A DNA stretch of 64,000 nt from Nitrososphaerota archaeon. Its GTDB lineage: Archaea; Thermoproteota; Nitrososphaeria_A; Caldarchaeales; Calditenuaceae. Position numbers and translations under genes: made by a program. The stretch spans positions 1-64,000 of the forward strand of contig JBEPYO010000001.1 in the NCBI GenBank assembly GCA_041641295.1, in the 5' to 3' direction. This document shows, piece by piece, positions 1-9,901 of this stretch (the stretch's first letter is position 1; each line of letters begins with the position of its first letter). Under the pieces are notes generated by a model. That model was given only the letters and a program-made list of their open reading frames with translations, was not told where the DNA came from and made no database searches.

Positions 1-1090
1 GGGCTACAGTGGTGGAGTACAGGTGACTGCGAGCCACAACCCGCCCGAGTGGAATGGATTCAAGCTGGTGCTGGGTGATGGCGAGACTGTATCAGAAGTG
101 CGCGGGATGAGCACACTCAAGAAAATCTTCTTCGAGGAGGTTAAGGCAGGCAGGCCCCGGAAAGCCGAGGCGGAGAAGGTAGACATAACCACGCATTACA
201 TCGAGAGGATTAAGGGTCTTGTAAAGCTTCGGAGGAGGGTTAGACTGCTTGTGGACTTCTCAAACGGAGCGGCAGGAATAATAGGTCCGAGGCTTTTGAG
301 AGAGATCGGATGCGATCTGACAGCCCTTAACGAGGAGCCTGACGGTCGTTTCCCAGCCCACCTGCCTGAGCCGACTCCCGAGACTCTAAAACAGCTCGCT
401 GAATCCATGAGGCGTGGGGTTGCGGACCTGGGGGCTGGACTCGACGGAGACGCCGACCGCTCCGTGTTCGTTGACGACAGGGGCCGGTTCCTTGAGGGCG
501 ACCTTACACTCACTGTCTTCCTCCACGGACTCGATAAAAGGGGTAGAATAGTCTATGACGTGAGCTGCAGTTCTGTGGTGGAGGAAGTAGGCTTGAGGCT
601 TGGATTCGAGCCGGTTCTCTGCAGGACAGGCCGCGCCTTCATGCTCAGCAAGGTCAGGGAGGTTGGGGCTGTCATAGGCGGTGAGAAGAGCAACCACATC
701 TACTTCTCAGAACTCCATGGATTTGACGACGGCCTATACGCCGTAGCTAAGATGGCTGAACTCGTCTCGAGGCTCGACCAGCCACTATCCAAGCTGGTGG
801 ACAGCCTCCCAAGATACTACGCTACAAGCATCAGAGTCATTGAGGTTCCTGACGAGCTGAAGCAGAGAGTTGTCGAGAAGGTTGCTGAGATTCTACGACC
901 CAAGGCCCAAAGAGTCATAGACATAGATGGCGTAAAGGCGTTCTTCAGGGATGGCTGGGTGCTTGTCAGACCATCCAATACAATGCCGCAGGTGAAGTAT
1001 ACTGCAGAGTCGACGACGCCAGACGGTCTTAACAAGCTTATCCTGATGGCGGAAGAGGCTATCAAAGAGGTGCTGAAACCGAGTGCCTGA
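1..1090 (+). CDS. Phosphomannomutase/phosphoglucomutase (5' end outside window)
   Basis: TASHNP phosphoserine loop, DGDADR metal loop, GEKSNH, RPSNT; frame is open to the window edge. Confidence 0.93.
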   Translation, partial: GYSGGVQVTASHNPPEWNGFKLVLGDGETVSEVRGMSTLKKIFFEEVKAGRPRKAEAEKVDITTHYIERIKGLVKLRRRVRLLVDFSNGAAGIIGPRLLREIGCDLTALNEEPDGRFPAHLPEPTPETLKQLAESMRRGVADLGAGLDGDADRSVFVDDRGRFLEGDLTLTVFLHGLDKRGRIVYDVSCSSVVEEVGLRLGFEPVLCRTGRAFMLSKVREVGAVIGGEKSNHIYFSELHGFDDGLYAVAKMAELVSRLDQPLSKLVDSLPRYYATSIRVIEVPDELKQRVVEKVAEILRPKAQRVIDIDGVKAFFRDGWVLVRPSNTMPQVKYTAESTTPDGLNKLILMAEEAIKEVLKPSA

Positions 1091-1772
1091 CTTCACAGTG
1101 CTGAGCGACTTCTTCAAGCAGCTTGAAATCTACGCTGTCAGGAACGGGTACCCGGGTGTCTTCCTCCTCTCGTTGGCTGGGAGCGCGATACCCTTCCTCC
1201 CCCTCCCCTATCTATTCATAGTAGTTATACTCTCGGGCGTCCTCGACCCTTTTCTCCTCGGACTTGTCTCGGGCCTTGGCGGAGCAATTGGAAAGATAAC
1301 CTCCTACCTACTTGGCAGGTTGGGGTATCGGTTTCTTGGACAGGAGAGGAGGCGGAGCATGGATGCACTCAACAGGCTGATTGGTAGGTATGGCGCGATA
1401 GGGGTCTTCATCTTCGCCCTTACGCCGCTCCCCGACGACGTCTACTACATACCCATCGGCATGACTAGATACTCCTTCGCAAAATTCATGCTTTATAGCG
1501 CGGCGGGTAAGATTCTCTTGGCAATCTTAGTCGCATATCTGGGACGGACCTACATGGAGGTTTTAGACATGCTTTTGAATGGAGGCCCCGGTGCAACCAT
1601 CATCTCGATAGTCGTGCTGGTGGTGATAACAATCATCATCTTGCGGGTGGACTGGGAGCTGCTTGCAAATCATCTTGAGAGAGGTGGGGTGAGGGCTGTT
1701 CTTGCGAATCTATCAGAGATACTTGCCCTGAGGCGGAACAAGGCTAGGTCCGGCGCCACGGCCCCAAAGTAG
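1083..1772 (+). CDS. DedA/VTT (YqaA-like) membrane protein
   Basis: Hydrophobic; GGAIGKITSYLLGR and FALTPLPDD motifs. Confidence 0.8.
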   Translation: MPDFTVLSDFFKQLEIYAVRNGYPGVFLLSLAGSAIPFLPLPYLFIVVILSGVLDPFLLGLVSGLGGAIGKITSYLLGRLGYRFLGQERRRSMDALNRLIGRYGAIGVFIFALTPLPDDVYYIPIGMTRYSFAKFMLYSAAGKILLAILVAYLGRTYMEVLDMLLNGGPGATIISIVVLVVITIIILRVDWELLANHLERGGVRAVLANLSEILALRRNKARSGATAPK

Positions 1773-1828
1773 ATAGACGCCCGTTTTCGCGGATAAGGTT
1801 TTAGACCCTGTCAGTCTATGAGGGGTTT

Positions 1829-3061
1829 GTGGGAGAGAAGAGGCTGCTTTCGGGCCGGCTGTACAGGGGCTACGAGATAGGAATAATCGATGAGAACTCT
1901 GCATACCTTGGTGTCGATAGGAGACTTCTAATGGAGAACGCGGGTGCTGCGGTGGCTAGGGTCGTGGCTGGGGAATCACCGGACCTCGCGTCGGCCAAAG
2001 TACTAGTCGTCGCCGGGCCTGGTAATAATGGTGGAGACGCCTTTGTTGCTGCGCGCCACTTGGCAGGCAGGGTTGCTAGACTGGCTGTTATCCTGCTGGC
2101 TAGGCCAGACCAGATAAGAACCTCCGAAGCGGCGGCCAACTGGGAGGCGATATGCAGAATGAGGCGGACAATCGACTATTATGTCGCGGACACGCTTGAG
2201 GGTCTCCAACGTATCCAGCAGCTCTTCAGAGACGCAGACATCATTATAGACGGCATATTCGGGACAGGTGTCAGGGGTGAGGTTAGAGAGCCCTACAGGA
2301 CGGCCATCAACCTCATCAACTCCTCAGGGGCTAGGGTCTTCTCCATAGACGTCCCATCAGGCATGGACCCGGACACGGGCAGATACACAGTAACAGTCAG
2401 GCCGAATATCACGATTACACTCCATGGAGCTAAACCATTCGTGACTCTCCAACCCGAACTGTCTGGCAAGACCTACGTCGAGCCGATCGGTGCACCGCCC
2501 GACGCAGAGGCCATAGCCGGCCCGGGCGACCTAGCCTACACCCTTACTAGGCTGAGACATCCTTCATCAGCGAGTGTGATGGGTGGGGGTGAGGAGGCTC
2601 AAGGAGCGGTTGACGCCTTGAGAATACTTGGCGTGGAGCCTAGAATGGGGTGGCTGGAAGAGGGGCTGGCTGTAAGTGTGGACGGCGTGTTGGCAGGCTA
2701 CGGCGCTGCTGAGGGTATGGAGGGTCTTAGAGCCGTAGTAAAGCCCCTCCAAGACCAAGCGGGGGTGGACGCGGCCAGCCTCTCGAAGAAGCTGGGGAAG
2801 CCTGTCTACCTCGTCGGCGGCTGGGACTCCATCTCAGACGGCGTTAGCCTGAAGTCCAACTGGATCGAGCCACCTGTCAGCTCAAAATATGTCCTTGGCG
2901 TTGTTACCTCACTCTCTGCAGCCTTCCTAGCGAGTGGTGTTGAGCCAATTTACGCGCTAGGCGCAGCCTGCTATGGGGCCCGGAGACCACTTAGGGGGAG
3001 AGGCCTTGAGGACAGGGAGGCATATTTGGATGGGCTCAGACAGCTCCTCTCTAGAAAGTAG
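1829..3061 (+). CDS. nnrE: NAD(P)H-hydrate epimerase (YjeF N-terminal) with degenerate C-terminal domain
   Basis: LMENAG, GPGNNGGD, DGIFGTG, DVPSG motifs. Confidence 0.88.
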   Translation: MGEKRLLSGRLYRGYEIGIIDENSAYLGVDRRLLMENAGAAVARVVAGESPDLASAKVLVVAGPGNNGGDAFVAARHLAGRVARLAVILLARPDQIRTSEAAANWEAICRMRRTIDYYVADTLEGLQRIQQLFRDADIIIDGIFGTGVRGEVREPYRTAINLINSSGARVFSIDVPSGMDPDTGRYTVTVRPNITITLHGAKPFVTLQPELSGKTYVEPIGAPPDAEAIAGPGDLAYTLTRLRHPSSASVMGGGEEAQGAVDALRILGVEPRMGWLEEGLAVSVDGVLAGYGAAEGMEGLRAVVKPLQDQAGVDAASLSKKLGKPVYLVGGWDSISDGVSLKSNWIEPPVSSKYVLGVVTSLSAAFLASGVEPIYALGAACYGARRPLRGRGLEDREAYLDGLRQLLSRK

Positions 3062-3064
3062 TGT

Positions 3065-3874
3065 TCAGCCATCCTTTAGGCTTTGGAGAATTCTGAGGAG
3101 ACCGTTGAAAGACTCAACTGTACCATCCTCCCTTTTCCCGCCCGGCGGAATATAATGTGTCTCGAGCGAGACAACGCCGTCAAATGTTCTCCCCAGCTCC
3201 CGGAGCTGCCCGAAATAGTCTATCATGCCGGCCCCAATGGGCTTAAACTTGAATGCACCATTCTCCACCGCAGCATCCTTCAGGTGGACGTGGACTATGT
3301 CTCCTTTCACATGCTCGTAGCCCTGTGGGTAGGGCTCCTCCCTCGCGAAGAAGGCATTCCCGGGGTCCCATAGCACTTTCAGCCACTGGCTCCTCATCTT
3401 ATCGAGGAGAATCCTAGTCTCACCCCCAGTCCCAACCATGCAGCTATACTCGTTCTCGACTGCGAGCACAACACCCTCGTCTGCAGCCAAGTCTAGGGCA
3501 GGGCTGAGAAGCTCAGCTATACGGTCGAGATGCCTGGCAAGCCCTCCTTGCCACCAGAAGGTGAATATCCTCGTGAATCTTAGGTCAAGCAGCTTTGTGA
3601 GCTCTATCGCCCTCTTAAGGGTCCTTAGGCTTTGGGCATGTCCTTCCCTGTCGTCGATATAGTTTTTGAAGGCGTAGGAGTCTATATTTGAGATCTCAAG
3701 CCCGTGCCTCTGGGCAATCTTCTTGAGTTCGAGGACTTCATTCTCGCTTAGTCCACAGACATTCTTGCCCCACACGTCGCGTATCTCGACGTGCGATGCT
3801 CCGAGGCGCTTCGCTATCTTGAACGCGTGGTCTGGGTCCTGCGATATCTCGTCAGAGATTATTCCGAGCTTCAT
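3065..3874 (-). CDS. Sugar phosphate isomerase/epimerase (xylose isomerase-like TIM barrel)
   Basis: VENE, WDPGN, HVHLKD, SLETH; ATG at 3874 overlaps the upstream stop. Confidence 0.85.
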   Translation of the reverse strand: MKLGIISDEISQDPDHAFKIAKRLGASHVEIRDVWGKNVCGLSENEVLELKKIAQRHGLEISNIDSYAFKNYIDDREGHAQSLRTLKRAIELTKLLDLRFTRIFTFWWQGGLARHLDRIAELLSPALDLAADEGVVLAVENEYSCMVGTGGETRILLDKMRSQWLKVLWDPGNAFFAREEPYPQGYEHVKGDIVHVHLKDAAVENGAFKFKPIGAGMIDYFGQLRELGRTFDGVVSLETHYIPPGGKREDGTVESFNGLLRILQSLKDG

Positions 3875-4644
3875 AACAGCCGCCTCAGATGGTCGCGATA
3901 GAGGGGAAGGATATAATCTCCGCTTGGTAGGTCTCTGTGCCAGAACCTCTCCCACTCCACGGAGATATAGCCAGTATATCCTGACCTTTTGAGGTCGGAG
4001 ACTATTTCTCCTAGGGGGACAACGCCTTCACCGGGAGGCGTAAAAACCCTCCTCCCCTCCCTTACCACAAAGTCCTTCAAGTGCACATGACATATCCGAC
4101 CTGCCAACAGCTTAAACGCCTCACCATGCGAACCACCGGCGAAGATTATGTTTGCCGGGTCGTAGAGGAATAAAGGCTCGTCCGAGAGGCGTAGCAGCTC
4201 CGCGATGTTAGAAGTATCCGCTAGATGGTCATGGGTCTCAATCAATATTTTGACACCATAGTCCCCCGCCATCCGGGCTAGCAGCTTGTAGCCATTAACT
4301 ACCGCCTCGGGGCTCTTCGGAAACTCGCCACCATAAACCCTTAAGCCCGATGCGCCAATCTCGGCAGCAAGTTTGACCAAATTATTCCCAAGAGAGAAGA
4401 CCGGACTTTTTTCACCACTATGTATTTCGGAGAGCCTGAGATAACTCGAGAGGACTGGGACTGGAAGGTTGTAGGACTTTAGGAGCTCCAGCTGTTGTCG
4501 CGGAATAGGCGAGACAGGCTTTAAGTGGACTCCGTCGTCAGCAACTCTGAGCTCGACTCCGTCAAAACCCATGGTGACCGCCCGCTCCAAAACCTCAGCC
4601 AAGCCTAGCTCAGGATAGGCCAGGCTCGTGAAACACAGCCTCAT
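3871..4644 (-). CDS. Sugar phosphate isomerase/epimerase (xylose isomerase-like TIM barrel)
   Basis: GFDGVEL, IETHD, YDPAN, HVHLKD, SVEWE. Confidence 0.85.
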   Translation of the reverse strand: MRLCFTSLAYPELGLAEVLERAVTMGFDGVELRVADDGVHLKPVSPIPRQQLELLKSYNLPVPVLSSYLRLSEIHSGEKSPVFSLGNNLVKLAAEIGASGLRVYGGEFPKSPEAVVNGYKLLARMAGDYGVKILIETHDHLADTSNIAELLRLSDEPLFLYDPANIIFAGGSHGEAFKLLAGRICHVHLKDFVVREGRRVFTPPGEGVVPLGEIVSDLKRSGYTGYISVEWERFWHRDLPSGDYILPLYRDHLRRLL

Positions 4645-5678
4645 AGAGGGCCATCACCCCGCTCGAGAGGTAGAGAAACCTTCACACCCCTCTCGGAGCT
4701 CAGATAAATAGCCTTGATAAGCTCGATGCTCTTAATACCCTCCCCACCACTAACTGGAAACTCTCTCCCACTCTTTACACACTCGGCGAAATCCGCTAGT
4801 AATGCCCTATGGAGGTCTCCAAACGCTATTCCGCTACCGTCGACCTGGGCCTCACCCTCATCCGTCCATACTCTAAGGGAGAGGTCATGTATCTCGGCGG
4901 ACCCCTTGGTGCCGAATACTCGTATCTTCCGATACTGCCTGTTGGTCGGCCGCATGTTCACTGTTGCGGAGATTGTTCCGAGAGCCCCGCTTCGGAACCT
5001 TATTGCTGCAGCGGCCACATCCTCAACCTCTATCGAGGGATGCGCTGCGTTGGATATGAATCCCGAAACCTCCTCAACATCTCCGCCGAGCCAGAGAACC
5101 AGGTCTAGCGTGTGTATTGCCTGGTTCATCAAGACCCCGCCACCCTCCGTCTCCCAATAACCCCTCCAACTCCGCGCGACCTCGTCCGACCTGTAATATT
5201 CGGCCTCACCCCTCCACCACTTAAGCTCTGCCTCAATCAGGTAGACCTTCCCCAGGCCGCCGTTTGAGACCAGCTCCTTAAGACGCCTCGCAGCCTCGAG
5301 ATACCTCTCCTGAAAAACAACCCCCAGTCTGAGCCCCATATCCTCTGCTGTCTTAGAGATTAGGCGCGCCCCCCTGAGCGTCGTGGCCATAGGCTTCTCT
5401 ACCAGAACATGTTTGCCGTGTTGGAGGGCGTAGAGTGTCTGAGGTGCGTGGAGGTATGAGGGAGTCGCAACCACCACGGCCTCCACCTCCGGGTCTTTAA
5501 CCACCTCGTCTATCGAGGTGTAAGCCTTGGCGCCAAACTGCTTTCCAACGAGCTCCGCCCTCTCCCTCACCTGATCTGCCACCGCTATGAGCCTGCAATT
5601 CTCAAGCATCGAGATGTTTCTCGCATGGACCTGTCCGATAACCCCAGCACCTAATACTGCAAAGCCAACCCTATCCAA
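4641..5678 (-). CDS. Gfo/Idh/MocA family oxidoreductase
   Basis: GAGVIG Rossmann motif, VEKPM, GGGVLMNQAIHTLD. Confidence 0.92.
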   Translation of the reverse strand: MDRVGFAVLGAGVIGQVHARNISMLENCRLIAVADQVRERAELVGKQFGAKAYTSIDEVVKDPEVEAVVVATPSYLHAPQTLYALQHGKHVLVEKPMATTLRGARLISKTAEDMGLRLGVVFQERYLEAARRLKELVSNGGLGKVYLIEAELKWWRGEAEYYRSDEVARSWRGYWETEGGGVLMNQAIHTLDLVLWLGGDVEEVSGFISNAAHPSIEVEDVAAAAIRFRSGALGTISATVNMRPTNRQYRKIRVFGTKGSAEIHDLSLRVWTDEGEAQVDGSGIAFGDLHRALLADFAECVKSGREFPVSGGEGIKSIELIKAIYLSSERGVKVSLPLERGDGPL

Positions 5679-5848
5679 GTCGTGAACAAGACACTAAAGG
5701 CCAGTGATAAATCCTCCCCCACCCACATCCTGTTTACAGCACAGCCACACAGAGTTGAGCCCACACCGATTATAGTTATGCATGTGTTTGTAGAATTCTG
5801 ACTAGGAGCCGTTAATCTTTATAAGCGGAATGGAAAGGACTAACTGGC

Positions 5849-6874
5849 ATGGAGTACGTACGTCTAGGATGGTCTGGGCTTAAAGTCTCAAGAATCTGTG
5901 TAGGCTGTATGTCGTTCGGCGATCCCAAACGTCAGCCAATGGGAGGTGGGGGATGGATTGTAGGTAAAGAGGAGGCATTCAAAGTGCTGAATAGGGCGTG
6001 GGACCTCGGGATAAACTTCTATGACACGGCAAACGTCTACTCCGCGGGCCTGTCAGAGGAGATCCTAGGCGAGTTCCTCCAAGGCAGGAGGGATGACGCA
6101 GTAGTGGCGACGAAGGTATTCTTCCCAATGAGCGACAAGCCTAACGACAGGGGGTTGTCGCGGAAACACATAATGAAACAGATTAAAGACTCTCTCCGCA
6201 GACTTAAGACTGACTATGTTGATCTCTACCAGACGCACAGGTGGGACCCGGAGACACCGATTGAAGAGACCCTCGCAACCCTCACAGACCTAGTTAGACA
6301 AGGCCTCGTAAGATACATCGGAGGATCAAGCATGTGGACGTGGCAGTTCGCAAAAGCCTTCTTCATCGCCGAGCTAAAGGGCTATGAGAAATTCACAAGC
6401 ACCCAGACGCCCTACAACCTCCTCTACAGGGAGGAGGAACGAGAAATGATCCCGTTCTGCAAGGCTCACAACATTGGATACATGGTTTATAGCCCAACCG
6501 CTGTTGGTGTCCTCTCGGGCAGATTCTACAGGGACGGAAAGCTCGTAGTAGGCCCTGATGCGCCTGACCGTCTCAAGCCCGAGACAGGCTTCTACGCCTA
6601 CAAGGCATACATAGAACCGCCGGAAAACGCGGAGATTGTGAGAAGAGTTATCGAGGTAGCTGAACGTAAGGGCGTAAAGCCATCCCAGATAGCCTTGGCT
6701 TGGCTCATCCACAAAGGCGTCACATCCATAATAATTGGTACTAGCAAAGTGGAGCACCTCGAAGAAGCGGTAGGTTCTCTTGAAATCAAGCTGACAGACG
6801 AGGAGATAAAATACTTGGAGGAGCCCTACAGGCCTAAACCAGTCATCCACATAACACAGCCAACCACCCGCTGA
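5849..6874 (+). CDS. Aldo/keto reductase
   Basis: DTANVY, VATKV, DYVDLYQTH, SQIALAW. Confidence 0.93.
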   Translation: MEYVRLGWSGLKVSRICVGCMSFGDPKRQPMGGGGWIVGKEEAFKVLNRAWDLGINFYDTANVYSAGLSEEILGEFLQGRRDDAVVATKVFFPMSDKPNDRGLSRKHIMKQIKDSLRRLKTDYVDLYQTHRWDPETPIEETLATLTDLVRQGLVRYIGGSSMWTWQFAKAFFIAELKGYEKFTSTQTPYNLLYREEEREMIPFCKAHNIGYMVYSPTAVGVLSGRFYRDGKLVVGPDAPDRLKPETGFYAYKAYIEPPENAEIVRRVIEVAERKGVKPSQIALAWLIHKGVTSIIIGTSKVEHLEEAVGSLEIKLTDEEIKYLEEPYRPKPVIHITQPTTR

Positions 6875-6920
6875 CAGCGGCGAGCGAAAAGATATATGAC
6901 CAGACATGCATTGAAGGTAC

Positions 6921-7199
6921 GTGCCGCATCACATTGAGCTCTTCATGGGAGGATGCCCGCTGTGTGAGGAGGTGCGCAACATGTTGGAGGTGGGCAAGTG
7001 TGCCGGCTGCAGGCTCGACATATATGACTTGGCAACAAGCTACGACTCTATCCGGGCCAAGATTCGCGAATACGGTATTAGATGTGTACCAACCATCGTG
7101 ATAGATGGAAAAATTAAGGTTGAAGGTCTTCCCCAATTCACGTTCATCTGCAGTGAAGAACTTTACCGTCAGCTAGAGGCGAACTACCGTTTTAGATAA
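6921..7199 (+). CDS. Small thioredoxin/glutaredoxin-like protein
   Basis: CPLC, VPTIVIDG; extra cysteines (CAGC, RC, IC). Confidence 0.75.
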   Translation: MPHHIELFMGGCPLCEEVRNMLEVGKCAGCRLDIYDLATSYDSIRAKIREYGIRCVPTIVIDGKIKVEGLPQFTFICSEELYRQLEANYRFR

Positions 7200-7229
7200 C
7201 ACGCCTAGCTTGGAGGTTTTACTGGAAAC

Positions 7230-8363
7230 CTAGCCCGGTACCCTCTGTACGGCAGTGCTCTTCGGCTCATATATGCAGGCTGGGTCAGTGGCTAGTGGGT
7301 CGCCGAATTCGGCATAGGCCCGCGCCCTAGAGCCCCCACATATCGACTTATACTCGCAGACACCACAGCGCCCGCTAAACATGCCTTGCCGCATTTTGAC
7401 GAGTAGGGGATGCATCCTGTATATCTCTACGAGGCTCCTCGCCTTGATGTTGCCGAGAGGATAGGGTAGGAAGCCTGAGGGATAAACGATCCCGTTATGG
7501 GAGACGAAAATTATTCCAAAGCCGTCTCTTGTCGGTAGTATGGTCTGGTCGGTGGCGCGGGTGGGATTACCCATGAGTGAGCGCAGCCCCTCAACCAACT
7601 CACGGTAGAGCGGCCCATCATATCCGTTTCCATTAGCTCTCTCCAGCTTGGCCCTCCTGAAGAATGGCGCCTCAACAGTGCGTAGCTGCAAGCCATACCT
7701 AGATACATCGACTAGGAACTGAACTACCTCCTCATACTCTTGAGGCGTTATGTCAAGTTCTCTCACGGCGCGTCCAGTAACAATTAGGAAGAAAACTTCC
7801 CAAATCCTGATCCCCAGATCAGTGATAAGTTTCACTATGCTTGGAAGTTCTCTGAGATTCTTCCTCCAGACGACCGTGTTGACCTGTACCAAAAGCCCGG
7901 CTTTAACAGCTCTCGATATTGCGTCTACCGTTGCTGCGAAGTTTCCGGGTATCTGCCTCATCTCCTCGTGTGTCTCGGCGGTAGCGCCGTCGAGGCTTAT
8001 GGATATGCTCTTCACACCCGCATCCTTGAGTTGCTTTAAAATCTCGCTCGAAAGGTTTGATGATACGGCCGGCGAGACAGCCACTGGCACACCATTCGAG
8101 CGCGCATGGTCGATCAGCTCAAAGAGGTCTCGCCGCATCAAGGGATCGCCACCGGTTATCACTAGCAGCGGTGTCGGGTTGCCGAAGGCAGCTACCTGTT
8201 CTATGAGGTTTTTCCCCTCACTTGTGGTCAGCTCGCCCGGCAGGGGCTTAAGTATAGCGTCTGCGCGACAGTGTTTACATGCTAGTGGACAGGCCTTGGT
8301 GGACTCCCAGAAGACAAGGAGAGGTGCTTCATGAAACCTGTTTATCCAGTCTTCAATCCTCAT
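7230..8363 (-). CDS. Radical SAM/SPASM protein, AhbD/NirJ-like (TIGR04053-like)
   Basis: CPLACKHC, TGGDPL, C-terminal CGVC..CGGSRARAY..DPAC; last gene of the hem operon. Confidence 0.85.
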   Translation of the reverse strand: MRIEDWINRFHEAPLLVFWESTKACPLACKHCRADAILKPLPGELTTSEGKNLIEQVAAFGNPTPLLVITGGDPLMRRDLFELIDHARSNGVPVAVSPAVSSNLSSEILKQLKDAGVKSISISLDGATAETHEEMRQIPGNFAATVDAISRAVKAGLLVQVNTVVWRKNLRELPSIVKLITDLGIRIWEVFFLIVTGRAVRELDITPQEYEEVVQFLVDVSRYGLQLRTVEAPFFRRAKLERANGNGYDGPLYRELVEGLRSLMGNPTRATDQTILPTRDGFGIIFVSHNGIVYPSGFLPYPLGNIKARSLVEIYRMHPLLVKMRQGMFSGRCGVCEYKSICGGSRARAYAEFGDPLATDPACIYEPKSTAVQRVPG

Positions 8364-8378
8364 ATATCGATATTCACC

Positions 8379-8867
8379 TCATGAGAATCTTAGTAGTGAG
8401 CCCAACCCTATTATGGCGAGCGTCAGATACAGTGTAGCCCACCCAACCACCAACATCTTCAACCTCTCCCGAGCATATTCAGGGCCATCCTCCATCTCGT
8501 AGAGCCTCCTCCCTAGGCTCGAGTGTAGGGGAAGCATTAGGAGCACCGCTGCGACTAAAATCATCTTGAGCAGCAAAATCGCGCCGAAGTGGGTCCCATA
8601 GAATTGGGAGCTTGTAAGCAACTGTACGCCAAACCCCCTCGTAAGAAGGAGGAGAGGCCCAGTTACAACGGCTATGTAGAGAGAATACCTCATAGGTCTC
8701 TGAATAGCCCTCCCAACAACTCCCAGCAGTTTCGTGGCCTCAACAGGAGGGTAGGTCTTCCTCAAACGCCTATTAACAATCACCGTGAAGAGTATTCCCC
8801 CAACCCATAGTGATGCGCTGACTATGTGGACCAGTTTAATAATTGTTAGGACCGTTAGGGTGCTCAA
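8379..8867 (-). CDS. CopD/HemJ-like 4-TM membrane protein
   Basis: KLVHIVSASLWVGG and LLLKMILV..LH; overlaps the hemE stop. Confidence 0.6.
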   Translation of the reverse strand: MSTLTVLTIIKLVHIVSASLWVGGILFTVIVNRRLRKTYPPVEATKLLGVVGRAIQRPMRYSLYIAVVTGPLLLLTRGFGVQLLTSSQFYGTHFGAILLLKMILVAAVLLMLPLHSSLGRRLYEMEDGPEYARERLKMLVVGWATLYLTLAIIGLGSLLRFS

Positions 8868-9901
8868 TGTTCTACACCGTCCTCCTCATATCCGTGGACA
8901 AATTCTACGAGGGCTGCCACGTTCTCAGGCGGGGTCTCTGGAAGCACTCCGTGGCCCAGGTTGAAAATGTGTCCCGGCCTATCTCTCGTCGCCTCCATTA
9001 TCTGACCAGCCCTCAATACAATGCTGTCGCGGTCCCCAAGCAGGACAGCGGGGTCTAGGTTCCCCTGAATACCCACATCAAATCCGATACTCCTCCAAGC
9101 ACGGCCAATGTCTACGCGCCAGTCAATACCTATCACGTTGGCTCCTGTCCTCCTCAAGAGTTCGAGCATCCCCGCGCTGCAGGTAGTGAAGTATATGACC
9201 GGCACCCCTCGACCTCTAATTTCATCGACCAAGGCTTTCACGTATGGGAGGACGCTCTCCTCGTAGTCTAGAGGTGAGAGGCTCCCAGCCCAGCTGTCGA
9301 AGATCTGGAAGACCCTAGCTCCCGCCTCGACCTGTGCTTTAGAGTATTGCGCCATAGCCATGGTGAGGATCTCCATTAGCTCCCTCCAGAGACGCGGTTT
9401 CATATGGATTAGTGACCTCGCTAGGGGGAAGTCTCGCGACCCCACATCACCCACAATGTAGCATGCGATGGTGAAGGGCCCGCCCGCAAAACCAATTATT
9501 GGTACTCTATCATTCAGGATGGACCTAGCAAGACGGATAGTCTCATAGACATAGTTGACCCTAGAGCTGTCAAACTCTCGTATATTTTTGACGCCCCACT
9601 CATCTCTAACCGGCTTCTCGACTACTGGGCCCTCACCATCAACCATTCTAAACGGCACGCCCAGGCCCTCGAGTGGCAGGGCTATGTCGGCGAATAGTAT
9701 GGCAGCGTCTACACCGAACTTTAAAACTGGCAGAGCAGTTAGCTCCGCAGCGGCCTCAGTGTCTTTGCATAATGAGAGTAGGTCGCGATCTCTTCTCAAC
9801 TTCCTGTACTCGGGCAGATATCTGCCAGCCTGCCTCATCAGCCAGACGGGCTTTTTATCGGTCTCTTCAAGCCTACACGCCTTTAGAAGCCTGTCATTCA
9901 T
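8864..9901 (-). CDS. hemE: Uroporphyrinogen decarboxylase
   Basis: PVWLMRQAGRYLPEYR, QIFDSWAG, FNLGHG. Confidence 0.96.
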   Translation of the reverse strand: MNDRLLKACRLEETDKKPVWLMRQAGRYLPEYRKLRRDRDLLSLCKDTEAAAELTALPVLKFGVDAAILFADIALPLEGLGVPFRMVDGEGPVVEKPVRDEWGVKNIREFDSSRVNYVYETIRLARSILNDRVPIIGFAGGPFTIACYIVGDVGSRDFPLARSLIHMKPRLWRELMEILTMAMAQYSKAQVEAGARVFQIFDSWAGSLSPLDYEESVLPYVKALVDEIRGRGVPVIYFTTCSAGMLELLRRTGANVIGIDWRVDIGRAWRSIGFDVGIQGNLDPAVLLGDRDSIVLRAGQIMEATRDRPGHIFNLGHGVLPETPPENVAALVEFVHGYEEDGVEH

